Positions 55,399-62,925 of a stretch of 64,000 bases of DNA are shown here, piece by piece (positions within the stretch are counted from its first letter, which is position 1; each line of letters starts with the position of its first letter). Source of the DNA: an uncultured Candidatus Saccharimonadales bacterium (lineage in GTDB: Bacteria > Patescibacteriota > Saccharimonadia > UBA4664); NCBI GenBank assembly GCA_964609585.1, contig CAZSRA010000001.1, forward strand, positions 45,816 through 109,815, read 5' to 3'. The notes below the pieces were generated by a model, which saw only the letters and a program-made list of their open reading frames with translations, was not told the DNA's origin and did no database searches. A program made the position numbers and the translations under genes.

Positions 55399-56511
55399 AT
55401 GTTAACCATTGTAGTTGTCATTATTTTGTTTTCGTTGCTCGTGATTTTGCACGAGTGGGGTCATTTCATTATGGCGCGACGTGGGGGTGTGGAGGTCGAG
55501 GAATTTGGCATTGGTTTTCCGCCACGGATCGGGGGCAAAAAGGTAGGCAAAACCTTTTACTCGGTGAACTGGCTGCCTTTGGGCGGATTTGTAAGGCTTA
55601 AAGGTGAAGATGCGAGTGAGGTGGGGCCGGGGACGTTTAGCGAGGCTAGCTATGGCGTGAAGGCCCGAGTATTACTGGCGGGCGTGGGGATGAATTTGCT
55701 GACGGCTGTGGTGATTTTGTATGGGCTGTGTGTGATTGGTCTGCCGGCACTGGGGGCATCGTTTGAACCTAGCTTTTTGAAGCATACCTATGCCCAGACG
55801 CCAAGACTTACGCTAACGGAGGTGACGAGCGGTTCACCAGCTGCGCAGGCCGGTCTAGTGCGAGGAGATTTTTTACTCAAAGCTAACGATACGGTCTTGT
55901 CCGATGACGGGGTTTTGCGAACCTTTACCAAAGAACATGCTGGCCAGAATGTGGTACTTACAGTGCAGTCTGGCGAGGCGATCCGCAGCGTGGTGGTGAA
56001 GCTTCGGCCGGCATCGGCTGGATCTGCGTTTTTGGGTGTGGCCGGCCAGCAGGTGTATAAGCTGCGGTATGATCCTTTAAGAGCTGTTGTGGCGGCTTTC
56101 TACATTACGGGGGCTTTGTTTGTGGCAACGATTGCGGGGGTCTTTGAGCTTATTATCCATTTGCCCCAACTCATTTTTGGATTGTTTGCGACGACGGTGC
56201 CTAAGGCAGCCGAGAGCGCTTCGGGTCCACTCGGGATTATTTATATTCTGAAGAGTTTGTCGTCGCTTGGATATAGCTATATTTTCTTATTTATGGCAAA
56301 CATTGCGGTGGCGCTGGCGGCTTTTAACGTCTTGCCGTTGCCGGCGCTCGATGGCGGGAGACTTGCAATTATCTCGGCGCAGCGCTTTTTGAAGCGCCAG
56401 ATTTCGGCAGATACGGAAGCCAGGATTCATGCGACGGGGTTTTTGGCTCTCATTGGGCTTATGCTGGTTGTAAGCATATATGACGTGCGAAAGATTTTCT
56501 TTCATGGCTAA
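55399..56511 (+). CDS. rseP: RseP/S2P family M50 zinc metalloprotease with a PDZ domain.
   Basis: HExxH 'LHEWGHFIMARRGGV', PDZ 'GSPAAQAGLVRGDFLLKANDTVL' and an LDG motif 'NVLPLPALDGGRL'. Confidence 0.9.
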   Translation: MLTIVVVIILFSLLVILHEWGHFIMARRGGVEVEEFGIGFPPRIGGKKVGKTFYSVNWLPLGGFVRLKGEDASEVGPGTFSEASYGVKARVLLAGVGMNLLTAVVILYGLCVIGLPALGASFEPSFLKHTYAQTPRLTLTEVTSGSPAAQAGLVRGDFLLKANDTVLSDDGVLRTFTKEHAGQNVVLTVQSGEAIRSVVVKLRPASAGSAFLGVAGQQVYKLRYDPLRAVVAAFYITGALFVATIAGVFELIIHLPQLIFGLFATTVPKAAESASGPLGIIYILKSLSSLGYSYIFLFMANIAVALAAFNVLPLPALDGGRLAIISAQRFLKRQISADTEARIHATGFLALIGLMLVVSIYDVRKIFFHG

Positions 56512-57253
56512 ATGGTTCGGAAGAAAAAAACGCGAAGTCCCGGATTTTTTACAAGTGCCTTGGGGTGTTCGCGACGTGCTGGTGTTTATTGGTCTTTGGA
56601 TTGGACTGCAGATTTTGATTGGCGGGATTCTGGCTCTCACAGCGAGCAAGGTTCCGGCGGTGAAGATGTTTTGGGTGGGCGCTCAAAATGGCGAGATGGT
56701 AGCTTCATTCGTTATGTATTTGGTGAGTGTGGCGGTGGGCTTTGGGCTGGTAGGCTTGTTTCTGCGCCGGTATAAGGTGAACTGGCGAACAGTGGGTTGG
56801 CGCAAGGTGGGGGTGGGGAGAGCTATGAAGTATCTCCTCGGAGTTTTAGTAGTCTTTGTGGTTTTGGCCAATTTAGCTTTGGTAGCAGCAAAATTTTTGT
56901 TTCCGGGTTTTAATGCGGATCAGCCCCAAACGAATGACTTTATTTCGGGAGCGGGAGTAAATCATACTTTGGCGCTGGTGGCGCTTGTGATTTTGCCGCC
57001 GATTTTTGAGGAGACGATTTTTCGAGGTTTTTTGTTTCCGGCGTTGTCGAAACGCGGCGGGGTAATATGGGGTGCGGTACTATCCTCGATGATTTTTGGA
57101 GCAGCGCATGGACAGCCGAATCTGTTTGTATATACCTCAATCTTGGGGCTATTGCTGTGCTTTATGTACATGCGGCTACGGAGTATTGTGCCGGGCATTT
57201 TTTTGCACATGCTCAATAATTATTTGGCTTTCATTGCGTTGTCCGGGAAATAG
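56504..57253 (+). CDS. CPBP (CAAX protease/Abi) family intramembrane metalloprotease. The ORF track start 56480 overlaps rseP, so the exact start is ambiguous.
   Basis: Motif 1 'EETIFRGFLF', motif 2 'FGAAHG' and a C-terminal 'HMLNN'. Confidence 0.8.
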   Translation: MAKWFGRKKREVPDFLQVPWGVRDVLVFIGLWIGLQILIGGILALTASKVPAVKMFWVGAQNGEMVASFVMYLVSVAVGFGLVGLFLRRYKVNWRTVGWRKVGVGRAMKYLLGVLVVFVVLANLALVAAKFLFPGFNADQPQTNDFISGAGVNHTLALVALVILPPIFEETIFRGFLFPALSKRGGVIWGAVLSSMIFGAAHGQPNLFVYTSILGLLLCFMYMRLRSIVPGIFLHMLNNYLAFIALSGK

Positions 57254-57261
57254 TTTTTTGA

Positions 57262-57468
57262 CTTGAGGTGAATTGTTCGTTATAGTTGGGCACAAAGCTG
57301 TGAAGGGGTATCCCGCCCTGGAGCTGCCGGCGATGAGCCGTGTCGGGTGCACCCGTAACAAGCGTAATTTGAGGCCGCAGTTGTCTGCGGTGAAGGCAGG
57401 ATGGTACCACGAGTGAAGCCTCGTTCTTGCTAAACACTTCTTTGTGTTTGGTTGGAACGAGGTTTTTA
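57262..57468 (+). promoter_or_regulatory. Putative T-box leader (tRNA-sensing riboswitch) with a terminator/antiterminator upstream of proS.
   Basis: A T-box-like box 'aaggcaggatggtaccacgag' (57394-57414; compare the consensus AANNNGGGTGGNACCGCG) lies immediately 5' of a terminator. The terminator stem cctcgttc (57419-57426) pairs with gaacgagg (57456-57463) and is followed by ttttt. Pro codons (ccc/ccg/cct) occur in the upstream stem region around 57310-57320. Confidence 0.55.
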
Positions 57469-57486
57469 ACGTTTTAAGGAGAGATT

Positions 57487-58728
57487 ATGAAATTATCACA
57501 GACATTTGTGCGGCCAACGAAAACGGTGAGTGGTGACGGGGACACACTGAATTATCAGCTGCTGACGAAGGGTGGTTTTGTGGACCAGTTGATGGCGGGG
57601 GTCTATACGTATTTGCCGCTCGGCCTTCGGGTGCTACGAAACATTGAGCAGATTGTGCGCGAAGAAATGGACGGGCTGGGGGCCGAGGAGATTCTGATGC
57701 CAACATTGCATCCAAAGGTACCATGGGTGACCACGGGTGGATGGGACAACATTGATGTTTTGTTTAAGATTAAAAGTCGTACGGGTAACGATTACGCGCT
57801 GGGCCAGAGTGAGGAAGAGGTAGTGACGCCGGTGGTGATGAGCCGGGTGGTGAGCTACAAGCAGTTGCCACAGAAGGTGTACCAAATTCACTGGAAATAC
57901 CGGGATGAGCTGCGAGCGAAGAGCGGGATAATGCGCGGGCGCGAGTTCTTTATGAAGGATATGTATTCGTTTCATACGAGCCAGGAGGATTTTGACAAGT
58001 TTTATGCCGAGGTGAAGGCGGCCTATTTGCGGATTTATAAGCGGCTGGGACTTACGGCTAAGGTAACAGAGGCTTCGGGAGGAGCTTTTACTACGAAGGT
58101 GTCATACGAATTTATGGTGCTGACGGATGCGGGTGAGGATGACATTTTGTACTGTGAGAAGTGCGATTTTTGCGTAAACACCGAGATTGCCAAGGTGAAG
58201 GAAGGGGACGAATGTCCGCTTGGTAAGGATGGCAAGCTGAAAATGGCACGGGCGAGTGAGGTGGGGAATGTATTTGATCTGGGACGCAAGTATGGTAAGG
58301 ATTTTGATCTGGGCTATGTGGACGAGCACGACCAGAAACAGTATCCGATTATGGGCTGTTATGGGATTGGTATTTCGCGTGTGATGGGGGTGATTGTGGA
58401 AAAATATGCCGATGAGAAGGGGATTGTGTGGCCCAAGACGGTGGCACCGGCGGCGGTTCATGTGGTGCGGCTTGGTACGGATAAAGAGGTGATCCAGGCA
58501 GCCGATAACTTGTATAGTGAGCTGACGAAGGCTGGCATTGCGACATTGTACGACGACCGAGACGCGCCGGCTGGTGCGAAATTTGCGGATGCGGATTTGA
58601 TTGGCGTGCCGATTCGCTTGACGCTGAGCACGCGAACATTGGCGCAGAAGCAGGTAGAACTAAAGCGGCGTAGTAGCGAACAGGTGGAGATGGTGGACTT
58701 GGCTGAGGTTTTGAAAAAGCTAAGCTAG
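57487..58728 (+). CDS. proS: Prolyl-tRNA synthetase, compact form (413 aa) without the bacterial INS editing domain.
   Basis: Class II motifs are present. 'LLTKGGFVDQLMAGVYTYLPLGLRVLRNIEQIVREEM' and 'FFMKDMYSFH' are ProRS-like. Confidence 0.85.
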   Translation: MKLSQTFVRPTKTVSGDGDTLNYQLLTKGGFVDQLMAGVYTYLPLGLRVLRNIEQIVREEMDGLGAEEILMPTLHPKVPWVTTGGWDNIDVLFKIKSRTGNDYALGQSEEEVVTPVVMSRVVSYKQLPQKVYQIHWKYRDELRAKSGIMRGREFFMKDMYSFHTSQEDFDKFYAEVKAAYLRIYKRLGLTAKVTEASGGAFTTKVSYEFMVLTDAGEDDILYCEKCDFCVNTEIAKVKEGDECPLGKDGKLKMARASEVGNVFDLGRKYGKDFDLGYVDEHDQKQYPIMGCYGIGISRVMGVIVEKYADEKGIVWPKTVAPAAVHVVRLGTDKEVIQAADNLYSELTKAGIATLYDDRDAPAGAKFADADLIGVPIRLTLSTRTLAQKQVELKRRSSEQVEMVDLAEVLKKLS

Positions 58729-58754
58729 TGAACTTCGACATAAAGCGGCTCAAC

Positions 58755-58790
58755 GGCCCACAGCGAAAGATTTCTCTTTCACTGTGGGCC
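58755..58790. terminator. Hairpin between convergent proS and the lipoprotein gene.
   Basis: Stem ggcccacag pairs with ctgtgggcc across an 18-nt loop. There is no U-tract. Confidence 0.4.
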
Positions 58791-58821
58791 GCATGGGGGC
58801 CGGGTGTTGAGCGCACTCTCT

Positions 58822-59571
58822 CTACGAGGTCGGGTACTGGAGGTTCCCTGAGTCTACCGGATCGAGATTGTCGGCACACACAGCTTGTACGAAGTGTGGT
58901 AGTGTCTCGACCCATCCAGGACAGGGGCTGTCCAAGACCTCGTTGGCTGGATGAGAACAGAAGAATTTCTCCGTCTTCAGGTCGTGTGTTCGGCCGATGT
59001 AGGGAGCGTCGCAGTTTCGGGTGAACAAGCTGGCTTTTGTGGCTACCAGCTTGGTTCCGCCGTCTTCGACCGCATAGATCTCGCCCGAGGGGCAGATGAA
59101 GCCCCGATGGATGAACGGCGAGATCGAGTGCCCTGTCTCGGTGGGCGGCATTATGGAGCCGATGGCACCGGAGCCGTCGAGCCCGCCATTGTCGAGCAAC
59201 ACATCGATGATGTGAGAGGGATCCGTGGTCGACGGGTAGCCGCCCTTCACGATGGCGGCGTCGGACTGGTCGTGCGTGAGCGTGGCAACGGTGCTTGCGT
59301 TGCAGCTCATAGTGGCGGCGTCGGCGATGTTGCCGCCGGTGGGTAGGGCCGGCGGCGGCGAGGCGGTGAGCGGTGCTTGTCCGCCTTCCACGCCAAAGCC
59401 GGGTTGGGGCGATGCCGACGTCTGAGACGCGGGAGCCGGTACGCCGACGACGGCGATGGACTGGGTGGTGGGCTTGCTGGCGCAGCCAGCGGCAGAAACA
59501 AGTACAGCTATTGCAGCCACGACCGCTGCGATGAGAGTGCGAACGTGTCGAAGAGCTTTCGGAGGTCGCAT
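58822..59571 (-). CDS. Putative lipoprotein (~249 aa). The start is the internal Met with a strong RBS.
   Basis: 'aaggaggagg' lies 4 nt before ATG 59571. The signal plus lipobox is 'MRPPKALRHVRTLIAAVVAAIAVLVSAAGC'. The mature part contains several Cys. Confidence 0.6.
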   Translation of the reverse strand: MRPPKALRHVRTLIAAVVAAIAVLVSAAGCASKPTTQSIAVVGVPAPASQTSASPQPGFGVEGGQAPLTASPPPALPTGGNIADAATMSCNASTVATLTHDQSDAAIVKGGYPSTTDPSHIIDVLLDNGGLDGSGAIGSIMPPTETGHSISPFIHRGFICPSGEIYAVEDGGTKLVATKASLFTRNCDAPYIGRTHDLKTEKFFCSHPANEVLDSPCPGWVETLPHFVQAVCADNLDPVDSGNLQYPTS

Positions 59572-59616
59572 GACCTCCTCCTTTCGAGATAGATCATGGA
59601 CAACGCGATTGATGTA

Positions 59617-59646
59617 TTTATAGAATGACTTGCCAGTAAAAGTCAA
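59617..59646 (-). promoter_or_regulatory. Sigma70-like promoter on the minus strand for the lipoprotein gene.
   Basis: On the minus strand: -35 ttgact (rc of 59641-59646), an 18-nt spacer, -10 tataaa (rc of 59617-59622). Confidence 0.45.
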
Positions 59647-59673
59647 GATGATTTTACTACAAAGTATCTCGAG

Positions 59674-62562
59674 CTATTTCTGGAAAAGTTCGAGAAGGTC
59701 CTTTTCCGCATAGTGTTTTGCAATACCGGTTTGAGCTAGCATGTAGTCGACAGCTGTTTGCATATTGATTTTTTTGTCTTGAGAAAGACCTTTGTAGAGT
59801 ATCCGAGCATACTGGGGTGATGGTGGGACGTGTGGTGTTTGGGGTCTGGCGGCGGTAAGGGTAAAGATGGGGTAGCCGTCTTTTTCGCCACAGTAGAGCA
59901 AAAGATTATAGTAACCGGTATCTTTGCCTACGAGGGCGCGGCCTTTTTCGATAGCTTCCTTAAAAGGAAGTGGCGTGGATGTTTTGAGATCATTTTGCTG
60001 GGCTATGATGTCTTCGAATTGCTCGACAGTGATAAGGTGAGCTCGCGATATGGTATGAGCCTCGGCATTATATTCGGGGTTAATAATTGCCATCCCACCG
60101 GTCCAGGTTTTTGATTCACCAGCAAAATAAAGGGTATGGGGGAGAGCCATGAAGCGATTTTGAGGCGGCAGGGTCTTGTCGCGACAGCCGGGATACACTT
60201 CTGTACCATCAGCCGTGCGCCCACCCAGTATGACGTGCTTAAAATGCTCGCGTGACAGCCCTGTGCCATAGGTGGCATACCATACATGTGTGGTTTTCGC
60301 GATGCTCGTGAGTGCCGCAGAGGGTTTTATAGCAACTTGTTTTATATAGGTTTCGAGAATGGTACCAAATTGTTCGAAGCTGCTTTTTGAGAGCCACTCT
60401 GCATCGGTATGGCGGCCGCCACTTATGGGCGAGACGACAATCGTGGGTATGCCAAGGGCACTGAAGTAGCGGCCGTCGGTAGCACCATAACTATATGACG
60501 CCACAGGTTTTAGGCCGGTGACATTGCCAATAAGTGTTTGGAATTTCTTGGTGTAGGGGCTATTGACGTCGTTAATACAGGGTGCCGCACTGGCGACTAG
60601 ACGACAGCTTATGTCGTGAGTTTGGCAGATGGCTTGGATTTTGGGATAGAGCTGGTTGTAGTCGTCAAGGCTTCCGAAGCGGATGTCGAGAAGCGCTGAA
60701 GCCTCGGTTGAAATTTGGTTGCTGACTCCACCGCCCTCAATGGCGCCGATTGATAAGGTGGTGTTTTTACGATTTTTGCTAGATGGGATGAGTTTTTCAA
60801 TGGCCTGGAGGGCGCCAAGCAGCTTGCCGATGGCGCTTATGCCCTCCCAAGGTCTAGAGGCATGACCTCTTTGACCGCTAGCTTTGAGCTCAATGGCCTG
60901 GACACCTTTGGCAAAGGCTTCGATTTGCCAATTTTCGCCGCCATCAGGCACGATGACGACACTGGGGCGAAGGTTAATTTGATTAAGGACGCCACCGACA
61001 CCATTTACCCCGCCAACCTCTTCATCGGTGGTGATGAGGATGCCGAAGTCGTAGGCTTCAAGATTGTCCCCCAGAGCGTCGACGACGGCGAGGTAACTGG
61101 CAATGGCAAATTTCATGTCGGCTACACCGCGGCCGCGGAAGTTGCCATTTTTTAGCGTTAGTCTAAAATCTTCTGGGTTGGCCGGCACAACATCGACATG
61201 AGCATTTAAGAGCACGGTGGGCGTGAGATTCTCGGGTGTGGTGGTGGCTAGTAATGAACTGACGCCATTTTGTTCGTAACGGGTAATATGCAGACCGCGT
61301 TTGGCGAGAAATTGCTCAATAAAACGCAGGGCAGCTTCGTTGGCCGCGGTATCGCTTGTGACGGTGGGCATGGCAATGAGTTGCTCAAGGAGGCTTGTTT
61401 GGAGTGACTGGAGGTTGACTGCCGGCTCGATCTGTGGCGTGGCTGGACCGGCTGGTAGGGGGTTTTGCAGATAGGCGAGTAAGATGGAGCGGTATTCGTC
61501 AAAGGACGCAAGCTCGACGCATTCATCGTCACTATGCGAACCCGAACCGTAGAGGCCGAACTCAATAATGTCGTTGCCGACTGCAGCGAAGTGGCGACCA
61601 TCACTGGCGGCTGGTCGACCAAGGAATTGCGGTTTGTGTCCGGTAACTTGTAGCATTGCTGCACTGAGGCCTTGGACGTAAGGGTTGAGCTCTTCCACGT
61701 TAATGGCGGGCTCAAAAGTAGCCAGGTTTATGAGCTCGGCTTCGGGATCGAGGCTCTTGATGAAGGCTTCTAGATTGTCGCGCGATTGGAAAACGGGGTC
61801 TTCTTGCGTGAAGCGGAAGTCGATTTTGAGAATGGCGCTGTCGGGGACTTTGTTGTAAGCGTCGTTGGGGGTGTAGAGGTTGGCGACACTGGCTGTGGTT
61901 GTCCAGGTTTCTTTGTCTGGGGTGGGGTAGTGCTTGAGGACGGCGCCAGCGAAGTCCCCGGCTTTGACGACGGCGTTTGTGCCATGCCATAAATGGCCGC
62001 CATGGGCTGATTTGCCTTTGATTCTAATTTCGGCCCAGCAGATTCCGCGAGCGGCGTTGTAGATGGCGTGACGATTGTTGGCGTATTCACCCATGATGAC
62101 AAAATTGGCTCGTACACCTTGCTCGATTTGGTATTGAGCGCCGCCATGGCCACCGATTTCTTCGTCGGTGACGATTTGTAGGCCAAGAGCATAGGGGACT
62201 TTATCTGCAAGTTCACAAAAAACACTGGTGAGTACAGCAGCGGTGCCTTTCATGTCGAGGGCGCCACGTCCATAGAGTTTGCCGTTTCGGATGGTGGGCT
62301 TGAAGAGTTTTGGGGTGCCGGGGACGACGTCGACGTGAGCATTGAGCAGGATATCGAATTTTTTTGGCCTAGTGGGGCCGTAGTAGGCGAGGAAGCTTGG
62401 TTTGTCGCCACGATTAAAATGCTCGATGGTGAGCTCAGGATTTTTGGCAACTTGGGCTTCGATTAGATCAATGGCTGCCTGCAGCGCGGCAGGATTGTCG
62501 GCTGAAGAGGGTATGGCGATGAGTTGTTTGGTGGTTTCGATGATTTGATCGGTGGTGCGCAT
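59674..62562 (-). CDS. Fusion protein (962 aa). It has two tandem M20-family (ArgE/DapE/dipeptidase-type) peptidase domains and a C-terminal GGCT/ChaC-like (gamma-glutamyl cyclotransferase-like) domain.
   Basis: Domain 1 motifs are 'LLNAHVDVVPG', 'GRGALDMKG' and 'IVTDEEIGGHGG'. Domain 2 motifs are 'LLNAHVDVVPAN', 'GRGVADMKF' and 'ILITTDEEVGGVNG'. The C-terminal ~190 aa start 'HVWYATYGTGLSREHF', which resembles the GGCT 'YFAYGSNLxxxR' motif. Confidence 0.7.
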   Translation of the reverse strand: MRTTDQIIETTKQLIAIPSSADNPAALQAAIDLIEAQVAKNPELTIEHFNRGDKPSFLAYYGPTRPKKFDILLNAHVDVVPGTPKLFKPTIRNGKLYGRGALDMKGTAAVLTSVFCELADKVPYALGLQIVTDEEIGGHGGAQYQIEQGVRANFVIMGEYANNRHAIYNAARGICWAEIRIKGKSAHGGHLWHGTNAVVKAGDFAGAVLKHYPTPDKETWTTTASVANLYTPNDAYNKVPDSAILKIDFRFTQEDPVFQSRDNLEAFIKSLDPEAELINLATFEPAINVEELNPYVQGLSAAMLQVTGHKPQFLGRPAASDGRHFAAVGNDIIEFGLYGSGSHSDDECVELASFDEYRSILLAYLQNPLPAGPATPQIEPAVNLQSLQTSLLEQLIAMPTVTSDTAANEAALRFIEQFLAKRGLHITRYEQNGVSSLLATTTPENLTPTVLLNAHVDVVPANPEDFRLTLKNGNFRGRGVADMKFAIASYLAVVDALGDNLEAYDFGILITTDEEVGGVNGVGGVLNQINLRPSVVIVPDGGENWQIEAFAKGVQAIELKASGQRGHASRPWEGISAIGKLLGALQAIEKLIPSSKNRKNTTLSIGAIEGGGVSNQISTEASALLDIRFGSLDDYNQLYPKIQAICQTHDISCRLVASAAPCINDVNSPYTKKFQTLIGNVTGLKPVASYSYGATDGRYFSALGIPTIVVSPISGGRHTDAEWLSKSSFEQFGTILETYIKQVAIKPSAALTSIAKTTHVWYATYGTGLSREHFKHVILGGRTADGTEVYPGCRDKTLPPQNRFMALPHTLYFAGESKTWTGGMAIINPEYNAEAHTISRAHLITVEQFEDIIAQQNDLKTSTPLPFKEAIEKGRALVGKDTGYYNLLLYCGEKDGYPIFTLTAARPQTPHVPPSPQYARILYKGLSQDKKINMQTAVDYMLAQTGIAKHYAEKDLLELFQK

Positions 62563-62584
62563 GATGATTTTCCGGTGGTTATTA

Positions 62585-62617
62585 AAAAGCCGCTCCTATT
62601 TTTTTGGAGCGGCTTTT
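62585..62617 (-). terminator. Strong hairpin with flanking A/T tracts, ~25 nt upstream of the M20-fusion start codon. It is a terminator for the upstream GCS2-like gene or a leader attenuator.
   Basis: Stem aaaagccgctcc, loop tattttttt, stem ggagcggctttt. The flanking tracts are aaaaa on one side and tttt on the other. Confidence 0.5.
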
Positions 62618-62925
62618 CTGGGTTCGTGTTTCGGAGATTAACGCGTTAGCCAGTTGCCGCTCGGGGCATAATGAATACCCAAGGCAGAATAACCAGGCTC
62701 AGACGGAGGTTGGCGACACGAGTAACGGCATGTTCTGTCCGTGCGTTTTTCATAACTTAGAGCCTAGCATGGGTATCTGGTGGTTGTCAAAAATTATAAG
62801 CATTAAGGCTTTTAGATAATTTCATGGAGTCTTGGGGAGGAGCGAGCGCTTGTGGCGCCCGCTCCTCCTCGGTTGAGCTGATCAGCAGCGGGTGAGCGCT
62901 GATCAGAGGATGGTTGTACGAACGA

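Noticed and set aside
62679-62690. 'ccaaggcaga' resembling part of SRP (4.5S) RNA.
   Set aside because: The defining domain-IV motif (GUCAGGUCCGGAAGGAAGCAGC) and the closing helix are absent. It is a short chance match.
62604-62819. A 71-aa plus-strand ORF and a ~57-aa minus-strand ORF (about 62580..62752) in the leader of the M20-fusion gene.
   Set aside because: They have no RBS and no recognisable domain. The minus-strand ORF runs through the terminator hairpin. The region is better explained as a noncoding leader.
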